Source of the DNA: Fimbriosthenelais zetlandica
Lineage: Eukaryota
DNA: 64,000 nt
Direction of reading: 5' to 3'
NCBI GenBank assembly: GCA_977030845.1
Contig: OZ365118.1
Span: 21,700,001 to 21,764,000, forward strand
The position numbers and the translations under genes were made by a program. Each line of letters opens with the position of its first letter. Position 1 is the stretch's first letter. Shown piece by piece: positions 49,111 through 62,205 of this stretch. The notes under the pieces were generated by a model, which was not told the DNA's origin, searched no databases, and worked only from the letters and a program-made list of their open reading frames with translations.

Positions 49111-51559
49111 TCAGAACATGTCCTAGGCTGAAGTCTTTCACTCGATATTTTTTACATTTCTGTTTATTTATATACATGTAGTTATATATTTATTTATATA
49201 GTATATTATATTTAATGTTAATCCCAGTAGCTTACTCAGTGGTATTACATTATGAAGGAGGACAGATCTCGAGTGAGTATTAATATGTGTGAATATCTGA
49301 TAAAAACTCACATGTCTCACCAGATAAAGCACTGACTTACCACTTATCACTGCGATAATGCCCTTTATACTCCACACTAATATCTTATCACGAGGATAAA
49401 GGCATCCAGTAAACCTCGACCTAACTCTGCCCCAAAATTGCCAAAATAATCACAAAAACTCTACATTTAAATGTTGATAATTTTTTATTAACATTTATAT
49501 ACACTTTTTACATCCATTCTGTACATTTGGTGGTTTGTAAACACATAAAACCATATACATGTATAATACGTGCCTCTATCTATGTCTCACTGGTGTGGCT
49601 GGGATATTCGCTGTGCTAAACATTTTACATATTTCTTACTGGCACACCAATAACCAATAACTGAAAAAGAAGCAGTAACGCCTGGGTTGTACCTGGCAGG
49701 TAGGCGGGATATTAGTCATACATTGTATGTGGAGTATAGTTGACGGTACAGTGAACAACACTTGCTAGTTTTTTTTATATATATCAATGCATTACACCGT
49801 CCAGCTGGCACCTGCAGCTGGGTATAATATACACACACCCCCATACATGTATACTCCGTATGATTAACCTACTAAACCAATGTCATCTCCCTACTCCTCC
49901 AACATAGCCAATGATGAAAACTAAATTCATTTTAAAATGTTAACATAGCAATCAGGATTTAATCAATTTTAAAATTATAAGTTTTAGAATGAGTTGGTTA
50001 TATATGTTAACTATGAACAGAGACAGTTCTAGGTGTGAGTATAAATTTGGATTAGATATTTTATATATCAGATTAGATATGTCACCATATTTCAGTTATA
50101 TATGAGCTAAGTTTTTGTTACAGCCATTATATGAATTATCGAGACGTCAGACTAGTGAAAGGTTAATGATAAAGTAGTTTTTTGATAACCTCAGGCATGA
50201 AGGTAATATATTCATTATTCACAATGTGATCTTATTTTCTCTGCTTATTTTGCGTCTGTTTGACATCTTGAGGGCCTGTTCTTGGTGCTTGTTTAATTTT
50301 AGTGAAATATTTCTGAATTTCGACCAAGTTTATCTCCAATGAAGCAGCAAAATTCCAGAGCAACCATCTGATAAATGATACAATAATGTCATTTCATATT
50401 CATGTCATTTGTGCCTAAACATTAAATACACTTATAACCGAATATTGTGTTATAGTTGATACTCGTTATATGAGTTGATAACGATTGTATTAGTTGATTT
50501 GGTCTTGTTAACTGACTCCTCTATGTTGATACATTATTAGTGGACATGGTTACATCACTTGTTAAGCTCTAATTCAGAATGCCGCATGGTCTCGCCATAC
50601 TTTCTACACTAGTAGACTCACACCGAGTACAGTAGAAAGACTACGTGCGTCCAGCACTTATTGCACTACAAACACGATAATCTACAATAATGTCAAATAT
50701 ACAATAAAGGTGTCAGTCCCGGACCAAGACTCCGTCCTACCATCGTCAATACTTTAACATATTCAATCAGTTCTACCAAAGCCAGTCAGTTGATATTAGT
50801 CCAATACACACAGTCAATCCTCTACATATATTGTCTTGATTACATGAGTTACATTCAAAGCAATTCTAGGTCGAATTTCATTTAAAACGCCCTTAATTAT
50901 GTTAGTCATATTTTAAATTATTTCTCAAGATTTTTCCCGTTGACTTGTGAAGTTTGAGCGAGTCTTGATTCAGGAGAACCACCATGCAGTGTTTAATACA
51001 ACCACCACTTATTCCTACAGCACAAAAACGACAAGAAAAAGGAAAAAGTTTGATATGGTTATGTTTTACTCGGTCATATTAGATTGGCACCAGTCATCGA
51101 GCCCCGAGATCCCCAATAAGTCGAGAGAGAAAGTGTATAGTCTGTGTATTACGATGAATAGTCTCAGCAAGTCTAGCCTTAGCCTCGGCTAGTCTTGTCT
51201 TAGCCTCGGTTCGTCTAAGATATTAAAGAGATCTAGGACAGATTGGACAACAGACACTCTGCAAATCTTTCCTCATTATTTGCTTAAGAAAAACTGGATT
51301 TATCTTTCATTTCAGAGGCCTAAATTAATTAATTTTACACAAGCATACGATCAAGTTCGTGATTATAAATTTGAAGAATGATTTGCAGAATGGCCTGTAA
51401 TGAATTTCTATATGATTTAGATATCAGGGTGGTCGAGTCTTCATCTGTGCCCATCAGTCGCTCCTATAAACTATGTCAGCTTATGTTCAAAGCTGAGCAG
51501 CTCAGGCTTTCAATAACCAACCTACGGCAGTCTACTCTGAACACAGGGTGACACAGTGT

Positions 51560-51755
51560 ATAGAAATAGAGGGTGAGGAGAGGGTGAGGAAAAGGGAGGA
51601 ACTCCCAAAGGAGAGCGGTATAGTAGGGGGTATAGTATAGTATATAGTAGGGGGAGTTAGGGATGTGGGGTATAGAGGGATGGGGAGGAGGGGGGGGGCG
51701 GTGTAGATGGGGGTAGAGGGGTGCCGTGGTAGGGTTGGGGTGGGGTAGAGGGGTG
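51560..51755 (+). other. G-run-rich tract, potential G-quadruplex
   Basis: More than 12 runs of three or more G within about 200 nt, between the convergent FPGT and PP2C genes. Confidence 0.6.
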
Positions 51756-52105
51756 TACTATAACTCCAGTATTTTGTCTACTCTAGGAGCTAACCACAGT
51801 AACCATGGCCGAGCATGACGGGTTTGAACCCGTCCAGTAATGGCACTTGGAAGGTGGTATTCAGGACCGTATACGTGCGATGAACAAATATTACCATCTT
51901 AACTAGACGTTCATTTGGTGTTTATAATTCCAGATACTTAGAAAAAAGCTCATACATTGGCTTAACTTCCATACAAATATTAATTAGCAAACAGTCCCCG
52001 ACCCGTTAGGTACAATATACTAGTCTTAAAACGTTATAAAAGTATGACTTAGATGGGAAAATTAATTCGTGAAGTTCAGAGAATAAAATAGTTTCACGGA
52101 AAGTA

Positions 52106-52277
52106 TGGCTAGAGATCCGCTGAGGTTTTAAGACCATAAGACGGCCTAGAGAGGTAGGGTGTTAGTCTACGAGCTTTTATTTCTCAATGTTCTCTTATGA
52201 CGTCTCTGAAAACCTGTCGTAAGGATGTCTTAATGGCTGCCTTAAGATTAATTAAGACGTCGGTGGATCTAAAGCCA
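52106..52277. mobile_element. Small MITE-like element
   Basis: Imperfect TIRs tggctagagatccgctgagg vs tggctttagatccaccgacg (reverse complement of the right end); GTA flanks both sides. Confidence 0.45.
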
Positions 52278-53766
52278 GTATGAGAACCGTTGACCCTATG
52301 TGTAGGTGAAGCATATAATGATAGACACACCATGAACCAGGAGTATAACGCCTTTTGTCATCCATAAACATGGTTCAAAACCAAGTATATAACTTATACT
52401 AACAAAACAAATATTTACAGTTTTAAGTAAGACAAAAAAAATCAGCATCAACATCATTTTGCAACATGGACAAAATTTTTTTTTCTATCAAATATTTTCG
52501 CAAAGTAACCACGGTCCCCAGAACGTCAACAAAGCTACCGTTTATAAGTTAAAGAAAGTCAAACCTAGCGAGAGAAAATATATAACCAGGTTATGGAAAT
52601 AACAATACAATCAAAGACAAAACTTCTATAGAAAATGTCACCTTTAAAAGGTAGATATTGTGAGTATATATATATCACCAACTGTAACTTGTATTAGGAA
52701 CACGAAAAGAACAGATTCCAAACAATACTCTAACAATGTTTGTCTTACAACAAATCTGACATCGTTATATTATATGTAATGATATATCACATATTGTCTC
52801 AATATATATAAATATATACTACATGTCTATACGCCTCAATACACGGCTGTCCATGTCACACAAATCACACCCACCTTTGCTATAGATTCATAACAAGTGA
52901 TTCAAATTGTTTGGTCAATATTTTTTAAAAGCTAACAGCCCCATTTCTGATCTCAATGCCTTTCTCTATCTCGTCCTCCATACTGGGAACTTTTTTTCAT
53001 TTTTTTTCAATAATTTACCACTTGTTCAGTTTACAAATCGTCATCAACCACTCATAATCACATGGAGTGTCGGTTCATACCCAATGCTTGTCATAATGCC
53101 TAGAGGAGCACAGATAGTTTATAAACCGAGACAATGTACTGCTCTCTAGATGCAGTCTTTTCGCTGTTTTTCTACCTTTTTTGTTTTAAATCTACGCCTA
53201 CCTACTCATCTGATATAAATCTCATGGATGTGCAGTACAATATAAACATGTCTAGAAGTAAGCCTTCTCAGTTTTCTTCGTTCAGAAGATTACCCTTTAA
53301 GTATTAAAGATGTTGTAGTTGACAGACCGTCTGTGGGTCTTGCCGGGTTTTTACCACGAGTCTGACAGGCCACGAGTTCTCTCCCCCATCACCTATACGT
53401 GAGCCCATCAGGAGGTGCTCAGTCACACAAAAATCATCCTAAATCACCCCCCAGCCAAATTATACCCCAAATACCAAACTTTTCTGAATAAATCCACCAA
53501 ATTTGTGAGGTAATTCAAAAGTTACAAGACTTTGACAGCCTGAGACTCAAATTGATCAGATTTGGTAGGCAATTTAAACCTCCTTTACTTTCCCTTTATG
53601 GAAACCAGTCAAGGAAATGTGCAGCAGCCAAAACCCCGGTGAGAATCCATAGGAAACACACACAGGCGCACCAGTACTCTAAACCTTCCTCTGAGGAGGC
53701 TGAGCCCCAGTCTAATAGAGCTCTAGATGAGGGGGTCAGATCCTGGCCTGTCTGACTCCAGTCCCG

Positions 53767-56001
53767 TTACCACTTATCACCACTCTCCATGTCCAGCTCG
53801 TCGTAGTTAGGAGGAAGAGCTGGTCGTGAGCATTTCTCAGCGAGCTCCTCGTATGATGCGCCGTTAGTGAAGCATATTAAAACCACAGTCATGTTGTCAC
53901 AGCCCAGCCCTCCCATCTGACAGTCAGGGGCGAGACAGCGAGTCATCAACTCCTCACAGATCTGTACATTTATAAGACGAGCAACTCTTTATAAATAATC
54001 TTTTAATCTCTTAACAACCTGTCTCTTAATAAAAACTCACTAATAAAACTCACTTCATAAAATCTCACTTGATATAAGGATAATAGAAATATTTATTAAA
54101 TATAATAAAGGTTTTTCTTGGTAAAAATATATCACTTAATTAAGTCCATGTAAAATTATGTATTAAGCAATTATGTGTTTAAATACTGACGGAATGATTA
54201 ACCTATAGGAATGATAAGATCGTTGAGTTAAGGTAATCATACTGACTATTTCAGGCTCCATCCTCTGTGATATCCTCGCTCGTACGAAGTCCACCACCTC
54301 CTGGTTGGTGAGGACGTCCCAGATGCCGTCACACGCCAGCAGGATAAACTCGTGATCTGACGTCATATCCTTCTCTACCACGTCTGGTTTAGCTGCACCA
54401 TGAAAAGTCATAATAAGTTCATCTAACTTAATATTTGTATGTGTAACAAACTCCTCATTTAAGCTAACTCATAGATTTAGATATCAAATGTTTTGTTTAA
54501 TATTTCCCTAATATGTTTTTGTCTTGTTTAATATTTTCCTAAATGTTTTTCTTAAATCTTAATTTTCCATTTTCTTGTCCATTTCACCTGAACCTACCTG
54601 TCACTATTTGTTCCTCTGGTGATTTTTGATCATTCTTCTTGAAGACGAAGTCACCGAGAGCTCGTGAGAGTGCGAGGTTACCGTTAACTCGGTTAAACTC
54701 CACCCACCCCCCGGCTGCTATAATTCTTTGTGTTTCTGCTTCGTTGCTTGGTTTATGATCAAATGATAATTGTTCCACGCGTCCCTTAACACTGGCGACC
54801 GCCCTGGAGTCGCCTACATTACCCTGTAATACAATCATAAGAATGACTAATGTCCTGGATTTAATTAAAAACAATTTTATTACCAATATTTAATTTCAGA
54901 AAAATAGCATTTAATAAAACTTGGGGTTTAACTTTTCATTCTGATCCCATAAATTAAAATCATTAGACTGATGTTGAGGGCTGGTTTTTTAAAAGTTGAA
55001 TTTTAAAATTATTATATACTTACACAATAGATTTTGTTATCTTTTAAAATAACGCAAATCGCCGTTGATCCCGCAAGCTCGTCCTTCATTTCCTCATCTG
55101 TGTTAGGAATAAATATTTATTATTTTACTCATTGAATTAGCACCACCATTAAATTCAATGGATCGATTTAATAATATAATTCTGGACTGAATGGATTTGT
55201 ACTTACCATTAAGCATGTCTTCGTCAAGAGAGAGAAAACCTTTTGTGATAGCATCTTCAAAATTACCAGTAGCTGAAATTAAAATTAAAATGGTTTAAAT
55301 TTGAAATAATTCAACCATGTTCAAGAAGAGTATGCACCAAATGGTTAGGATGTACTGTGTATATTGTACTTACTATAGTCCGGTTGTGTAGTTATCTTTT
55401 TGTGAAGATTTGATCCAGCATACTGGGCAACCCTTGCCCCTAAAATATTAAATAATTTTATGTACAATTTAAAATGTTCAGTTCTAACTTGTGACTTTAT
55501 ACTGCAAGTTTCTGGCTTGATGTTCATAAATAAATAATAAACAATCTGTAATAATTTCTTTCTAATATAGATCTACTATAAAATTGACATAAAGATAAAA
55601 TATATCAACCTCCATGTCCATCAAAGACCCCAAAGAAACAGGCATCTCTGTCATCAGGCAGGGACAGTATATGTGTATGCGCATCTTCCATATCTATTTC
55701 TGGTTAAGGATTTTCAAATCTTATAATAAAGTAACAGGTAATTCAGTCTAAATTAGGCATAAATATCTATTCAAGAGATCCTTAAAATATCACTTAATTA
55801 AGTAAGAAGCAATTAGTCTTTAAAATACTGACAAAATAATGAATCAATTAGGAATAAGAAGGTGTTTTTTTCTGTTAAATGATTGAAGAGAAGGATACTG
55901 ATGCGCCATCCTTGCATGCATGATGAACCGACTTTGACATTAGCATTGTTACAAGACGACGTCTCTTTTGCTGTAACAGGTTCAGACAATGTTTGCCCCA
56001 T
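53767..56001 (-). CDS. Protein phosphatase 2C (PPM family), Ptc2/Ptc3-like, resembling C. elegans T23F11.1 and Drosophila CG17746; 8 coding exons, 319 aa
   Basis: Exons 56001-55899, 55693-55610, 55439-55374, 55272-55207, 55097-55024, 54823-54598, 54392-54247, 53961-53767 (960 nt). Motifs [75 protein letters not shown]. Confidence 0.96.
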
Positions 56002-56859
56002 GGCTGAAAATGAAACAAGATACAAAATTGTAAAGAAATATAAGGCCTGATAATTTATTAATTTCTAATCATCCCATAACTCGAGCAGAATATTAGATTA
56101 ATAACGGTGATACTGAGTAAATGACCTAGCTGACAGAATTTTCCATAACTAAGATAATAGTGCCTCTTTCAATGATTCAGAATAGACATCTTGACCAATT
56201 TTCTGCAGGCCTAGTTGGCTAGTATTAAATGTTGGAATGAGAGAATTTTCATGGGCTACATATAGTATAAATTATAGGCCTATATTATGATCCATGTATC
56301 CCATATAATCGAGATCGTTTCTACATGTATTTCTGCACTAGTATATTTCAATGACTAGCCATTATAATCATTGTATAGGGCGTATTTACATCCAGTGACA
56401 GACGGAGACCTACATAGTAATACTGAGTGGGTACCTGTCAGTGGTTTGACACCGAGAGTGACAGTGCCAGTAGCACCACAAATTTATCTATATCCACGAT
56501 CAAAAACAGGGAAATGATCCCCATGACAATACATTCAATAGATTAAGGCATTTACTACCAATATCATGGAACTGTCTTGAGGTAGATCAGGGGTAAGGAG
56601 AAGCAGAAAGCCTACCTCAATTTGATTTCTAGTCACTTTGGTAATGATCACAACACACGTCCACCATGACACCTCAAGAAACTCTCAATGAATGTTTATG
56701 TATTCATACGCGAAGGGCTTTCAGACGCAGAAAACACTACACAACATTAAAGATCAACTATTTTACAGAACAAATTTTAATATCCTATTTGAATTTCGTC
56801 ATTAAAGACATATTTATTGGCTTTATTTGTGGGGATCATGTGCCATCACTATGAGACTA

Positions 56860-57800
56860 TATTTCGTCGCGGAAGTTTTGGGGGTTGTTTTCCCTTAGTT
56901 TGTAAACAAACCGGAATTTTACAAAATTATCTTTATTAGTGATAAACTGAATGACTTTTGGCCGACTTTTGTTAAATGTGTTCCTCTCCAAGATTCCTTA
57001 ATTCGAAAATACAATTGAAGGGGCTCCACATTATTCCCTCTCTGTAGTCGGAACGAGGACCACACGGTAGCGCCCTCGCCACCTGAACGGCAAATGTAGG
57101 AACTAGCACAATCATATTCAGCCCCGTCCGACTGCTCCACCACCGGCAAGAGTGGGAACTACCGCTCAATAGCTTTGGCCATCGATGGCTTTGGCCGCTA
57201 TTTGGTGCTGCCACCTTGTGTGCTGCGAGTGAACTGAGCTCCACAGCGCCTTTACTTCAGCGAGAAGCCACCAGGTGCCAGCACTGTTTCTTGTCACCAC
57301 CATCAGCTGAGCGCCCAAGCCGGTGCCGGACTACCCCACCACCGGCAAACGTGGGAACTAACGACCCGTCCTCCAGCTCAATAGCATTGGGAGTAGAGCC
57401 TAGGCCTACTCGAAGGAGAACTAGGCTCCAAATATTACGCCTAGGCCTACAAATAGGATTTGAAATGACAATTTGACCATGTAGGCCGAGCCTAGTAGGC
57501 TAGCCTGTTCTGCAGACTGATCTAGGGGCCCGGGTCCCGGGACCTCCAGGGGCGAGCTGACCGCGTGCAGTAGCGCCCCCACAAAATTGCGGCCAAGACA
57601 ACAACTAAGGTGGCTAAAGGTTACTTTCGAACTTATCTGACTTCCAAAATGGGGCCTATAGTATCATTTTTTTGTGGAAATAGGGGGGGAAAACAAAAAG
57701 AAAACAAACTCTGATTGTAGCGGGGGGCAGGCGTGTTAGTTGGAAGAGCCAGCTCCGGCCGTGCCTCTCAGCCAATCAGCGAGCGAGAATGGCGGAGCCT
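56860..57800. promoter_or_regulatory. CpG-rich bidirectional promoter region: PP2C leftward, candidate transcript rightward
   Basis: ETS-type GCGGAAGT 56869-56876 and CCGGAA 56911-56916; CCAAT box agccaatcag at about 57770-57779; YY1-like aatggcgg at about 57788. The PP2C ATG is preceded by an acceptor (56005-56004), implying an upstream non-coding exon. Confidence 0.6.
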
Positions 57801-58714
57801 CGGTTTGGTCAAACTCAGACGCGCGCTTTGCGGTGCCACGTTCTAATTCAAAGGTGGGTTCATTAAACTTTAATTTATTTCAGAAATACTTTGCATCCTT
57901 ACCGTATCGTAATCATTTACGTAAGATTGAACATTCAAGATCACCCAGGGCACAAAAAATTGACCGAATCGTGATTATTTACTTCTTGTCAGCGAGTGTC
58001 AACTTGAGTTGATCGAATCAACAATTGCTCATTGACAGATCAGACTGGGCTGACAGTAGGTCAATCCCAGGCTATTGTTAGTCACGATAAATGGATCCTA
58101 ACTAGATGTATTGACACTAAATGTTGCCTAAACGAAAGTAGAACATTTCTCAATCACTAGACCAGTGTTAGAGGTGGATGGGCATTGTTTGTGAAGTGGC
58201 CAGGATGAATTCTTTGCTGCCCTCCGTCGATCCGTGTTATGCAATATGGCGGCTTGTTGATCTGTGACTGATACTATTTTGATAATGACAGGGCGGCCGG
58301 GCGGCTGCCTATTTGGACATAATATGTCTCTCTACGATGTTTACATGTAACGACTGATTATGGAATGGAAATAGACTTAAATCCTAAGTTTTCGACATGT
58401 TTCTCATCATGTGTTTATTGTTTCAGACCTGTTCTGAGGCCTCACAGATCTCTTGTTGACATTGAGTCACAGGCCCTGATGTTATAGAGCCCCCCATGAT
58501 GAGGTAAATTTCTGATATTATCCAACCACACCGCCATTCCATTTATTAATGGGTTAATTAAAAAACTCGCATCCTTCCAGGAGAATTCAAGAAAAAAACA
58601 TTGTGGGCGACCACAATGAAGACATGTCAAAAATTTAATTATATTTTGTATTATTTCAGGTTGCCTACACCTTGGAATTGTCTGGAGGCTCAACATATTT
58701 ACAGACATGTACCA

Positions 58715-58840
58715 GGGCCGGTACCAGTCATCTCATGTACCAGGGCCGGTACCCGTCATCTGATCAGTGATATAGGATTACCATTACAGTGATATAGGAT
58801 TACCATTACAGTGATAGGCCTATAGGATTACCATTACCGG
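58715..58840. repeat. Short tandem repeats (gtaccagggccggtacc x2; gtgatataggattaccattaca x3)
   Basis: Directly visible. Confidence 0.85.
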
Positions 58841-59497
58841 TAGAGGACCTGACACCAGATTACACCAGCTTCAGTGATCGCCTACTGTCCGGACATTATT
58901 CAAGCTAAGTATATTTTTCTACCTTTTACACTACCTTATTTCATCATGTATTTTATAGTACATTATTTCATCATGTCATGTATTTTATATTTACATTCTA
59001 TGACACATTATGCTCCTTGATGATCCTATATTCTCACCATTTGAGGGATGGGGAGGTAGGAGTAGGCCTATATGGGACTATAGTATCCTCCGCCTCCTCA
59101 TATTATATTGCACCACACAGTTATTAGATAACATTACATAACACACAAGGACAGTACACCACCCCAACTCACTTCAATTATAACCATGCCAACCCACCCC
59201 ACCTATACCATGGCCCTTTAAGAGGAGCGGAGAGAGAAATCTAAGCCTCTATGCTCCTCTGCCTCCATTTCCACTTGGGATTAGCACATGTCAATTTGAA
59301 TGAGACATTACTGTTTTGTGTGATATTTGTGTGATGTTTAGCAGAGTAGTTTTGTATTTTCATTCAATTCTGTCTGTTATTTCTGTGATGTTTCTGTTAG
59401 CAGAGTAGTATTGTTATTTGCAAATTGCGACTGCGCGATCGTGAAAAGCGAACCTAACCACTCCCTCAAACCCAGCCCGACCCTCCCCTTCTATATT

Positions 59498-62205
59498 GTG
59501 GGCTGGTAAGGGGAGGGGGAGTCTATTATTATTACTCGATTTACTGAATTTATGAATTTACTGAATTTGTGAATTGACAATAGTCTCCCCTTCCTTAACC
59601 CCAGCCCAAGCCACTGAATTTATGGCAATAGTCTCCCCCTCTTTAACCCCAGTTAAAGCAACTCCCTCAACCCCAGCCAAACCAACCGCCCTTGTATGTT
59701 GTGGGCTGGTAAAGCGAGGGGGAGTCTATTATTATTGCTGATATTTTCCTGAATTTATGCATTTACTGAATTTATTCAATTTATGGCAATAGTCTCCCCC
59801 TCGTTAACCCCAGCCCAACACATTGTGGGTTCAATCTAGGTACACATTTTGTGTATCAATAAGTGCTAGAGAGACCAGATTGTCGGATATTTTTGTGTGA
59901 TGTTGCGGTCGTTAAGCGTATTTTTTATTTCACGAACTTAGCGAGCAACTTTAATTTTCTTTTAGCAGTAGTTTTATTCGCAAATTGCGACTGTGCGATC
60001 GTGAAGAGCGAACCCACTCCCTCAACCCCAGTACAACCCTCCACCTGTATATTGTAGGCTGGTAATGGCAGGGGAAGTCTATTATTATTACTGAGATTAT
60101 TACTGAAGTTATTACTGAATTTATTACTGAATTTATGAATTTACTGGATTTATGGCAATAGTCTCCCCCTGCTTAACCCCAGCCCAACACACTCCACTAT
60201 ATTGTGGGCTGGTAAGGGGAGTGGGAGTCTATTATTATTGCTGAATTTATTACTGATTTTATTGAATTTATGAATTTATGGAAATAGTCTCCTCCTCCTT
60301 AACCCCAGCCCAACACCCCGTGGGTTCAATCTAGCTTAACATTTTGTGTATCAAAAAGTGCTAAAGAGACCAAATTTCTCTTAGCAATTTGCATTTGACC
60401 ATAGCTGCAGATGTCAATTTGAAGGAGACATTACTGTTTTGGATTTTCCTTCAATTCTGTCTGATTTTTGTGTGATGTTGCGGCGGTTTGACGTATTTTT
60501 AAAATCTTTATTGATTTGTTTTATTCATCTGATCTGATCAGATCTGTCTTTATTGATCTGTCTGTTTTGATCTGTCTGTATTGATCTGTCTGTATTGATC
60601 TGTCTTTATTAACTGTAGAGCTCTATATCATGATAACAATTATATACTGTTGATATTGAACATATTGTAAATACTGATACCACCACCTCAACCCCAGCCC
60701 AACAATCTCCCTTCTATATCTTGGGCTGGTAGGAGGAGGGGGAGTCTCTTATTATTACTCGATTTACTGAATTTATGAATTTACTGAATTTATGGCAATA
60801 GTCTCCCCCTCCATAACCCCAGCCCAACACTCTACCTCAAATCCAGCCCAACCCACTCCCTGAACCCCACCCCAACCCTCTCCCTTCTATTTTGTGGGCT
60901 GGTAATGAGAGGGGGAGTCTATTACTATTACTCGATTTACTGAATTTATGAATTTACTGAATTTATGGCAATAGTCGCCCCCTTCACAACCCCAGCCCAA
61001 CGCACAGTTACCTCAAATCCGGCCCAACCCACTACCTCAACCCAAGCCCAACCTTCTCCCTTCTATATTGTGTGCTGGTAAGAGGAGGTGGAGTCTATTA
61101 TTATTACTCGATTTACTGAATTTATGAATTTACTGAATTTATGGCAATAGTTTCACGCTGTATTTTGAGGGCGAGCTTGGTAAGGCTCTGTCCTCTTCCT
61201 TCATTATGGAGAAGTGATGTTTTGAAATGTAATGTATTAAGGCTATGGTAGCTTAACGCCTGATATTGAAAAATTATTTGTATTGAGAATTATTTAGAAA
61301 ATTGTTGATAATTTTATTGTTAAGTTGAAAAGGTCTGAGCACCCCTTTAAACAATATTGCTGACCATTTTTTGCCATCTTTTTTTCCAGCTTCCCCATCT
61401 ACTTCTCCTGCTTCCATCTGAAAACATCCTCTGCTGGTTTCAGCTCATACACTATCCACACTCGGTAAGACTCCTTGTCTCTCTCTAGCCTCCTCTTCCT
61501 CATCATTCTATGCTAAACTTTACAATATATTAACGTACATAAAGTAATACCCTCGACCATCTTTTCAGCTACCCTTTCCCTAATTGACAACAATCTGTTG
61601 AAGTTCTTCTATTACTGACTGAGATGCAGCAAACCAAAAAATGGCTGAGTATAAGTTTTACTATTAATGTTTATTATTACATGAGCAACAACATTGATAC
61701 TAAATCAATTGAACAGTATTATATATAAAGTGTAAAATCGATTTAACCTGATATTTGAAAAGAAATTGTAGAAATGTTGATAAATATAACATGTATGTGA
61801 GTACAGTAAGAGGAGGGTAAGTCCAACCAACCATCTCCCTTCTATATTATTATTACTGAATTTATGAATTTACTGAATTTATGTCTCCCCCTTCATAACC
61901 CCAGCCCAACCCACTACCTCAACCCCAGCCCAACCCAACCCTTCTGTATTGTGGGCTGGTAATGGGAGGGGGAGTCTATTGTTATTACTCGATTGACTGA
62001 ATTTACTCAATTTATGGCAATAGTCTCCCCCTTCATAACCCCAGCCCAACCCACAGTTACCTCAAATCCAGCCCAACCCACGACCTCAACCCCAGCCCAA
62101 CCCTCTCCCTTCTATATTGTGTGTTGGTAAGAGCAGGTGGAGTCTATTATTATTACTCGATTTACTGAATTTATGAATTTAATGAATTTATGGCAATAGT
62201 CTTCC
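59498..62205. repeat. Tandem array of ~110-135-bp foldback elements with ~33-bp inverted arms (about 7 complete, 4 partial)
   Basis: Left arm gtgggctggtaaggggagggggagtctatt, right arm aatagtctccccctccttaaccccagcccaac, enclosing tactgaattta repeats. Confidence 0.88.
60530..60615. repeat. 14-bp tandem repeat gatctgtctgtatt
   Basis: About 5 copies directly visible. Confidence 0.85.

Noticed and set aside
61205-61265. C/D-box snoRNA in the 0.85-kb repeat unit
   Set aside because: Box C is mismatched and degrades to GTGATAT in other copies, the C-to-D span is only about 50 nt, and I recognised no rRNA-complementary guide.
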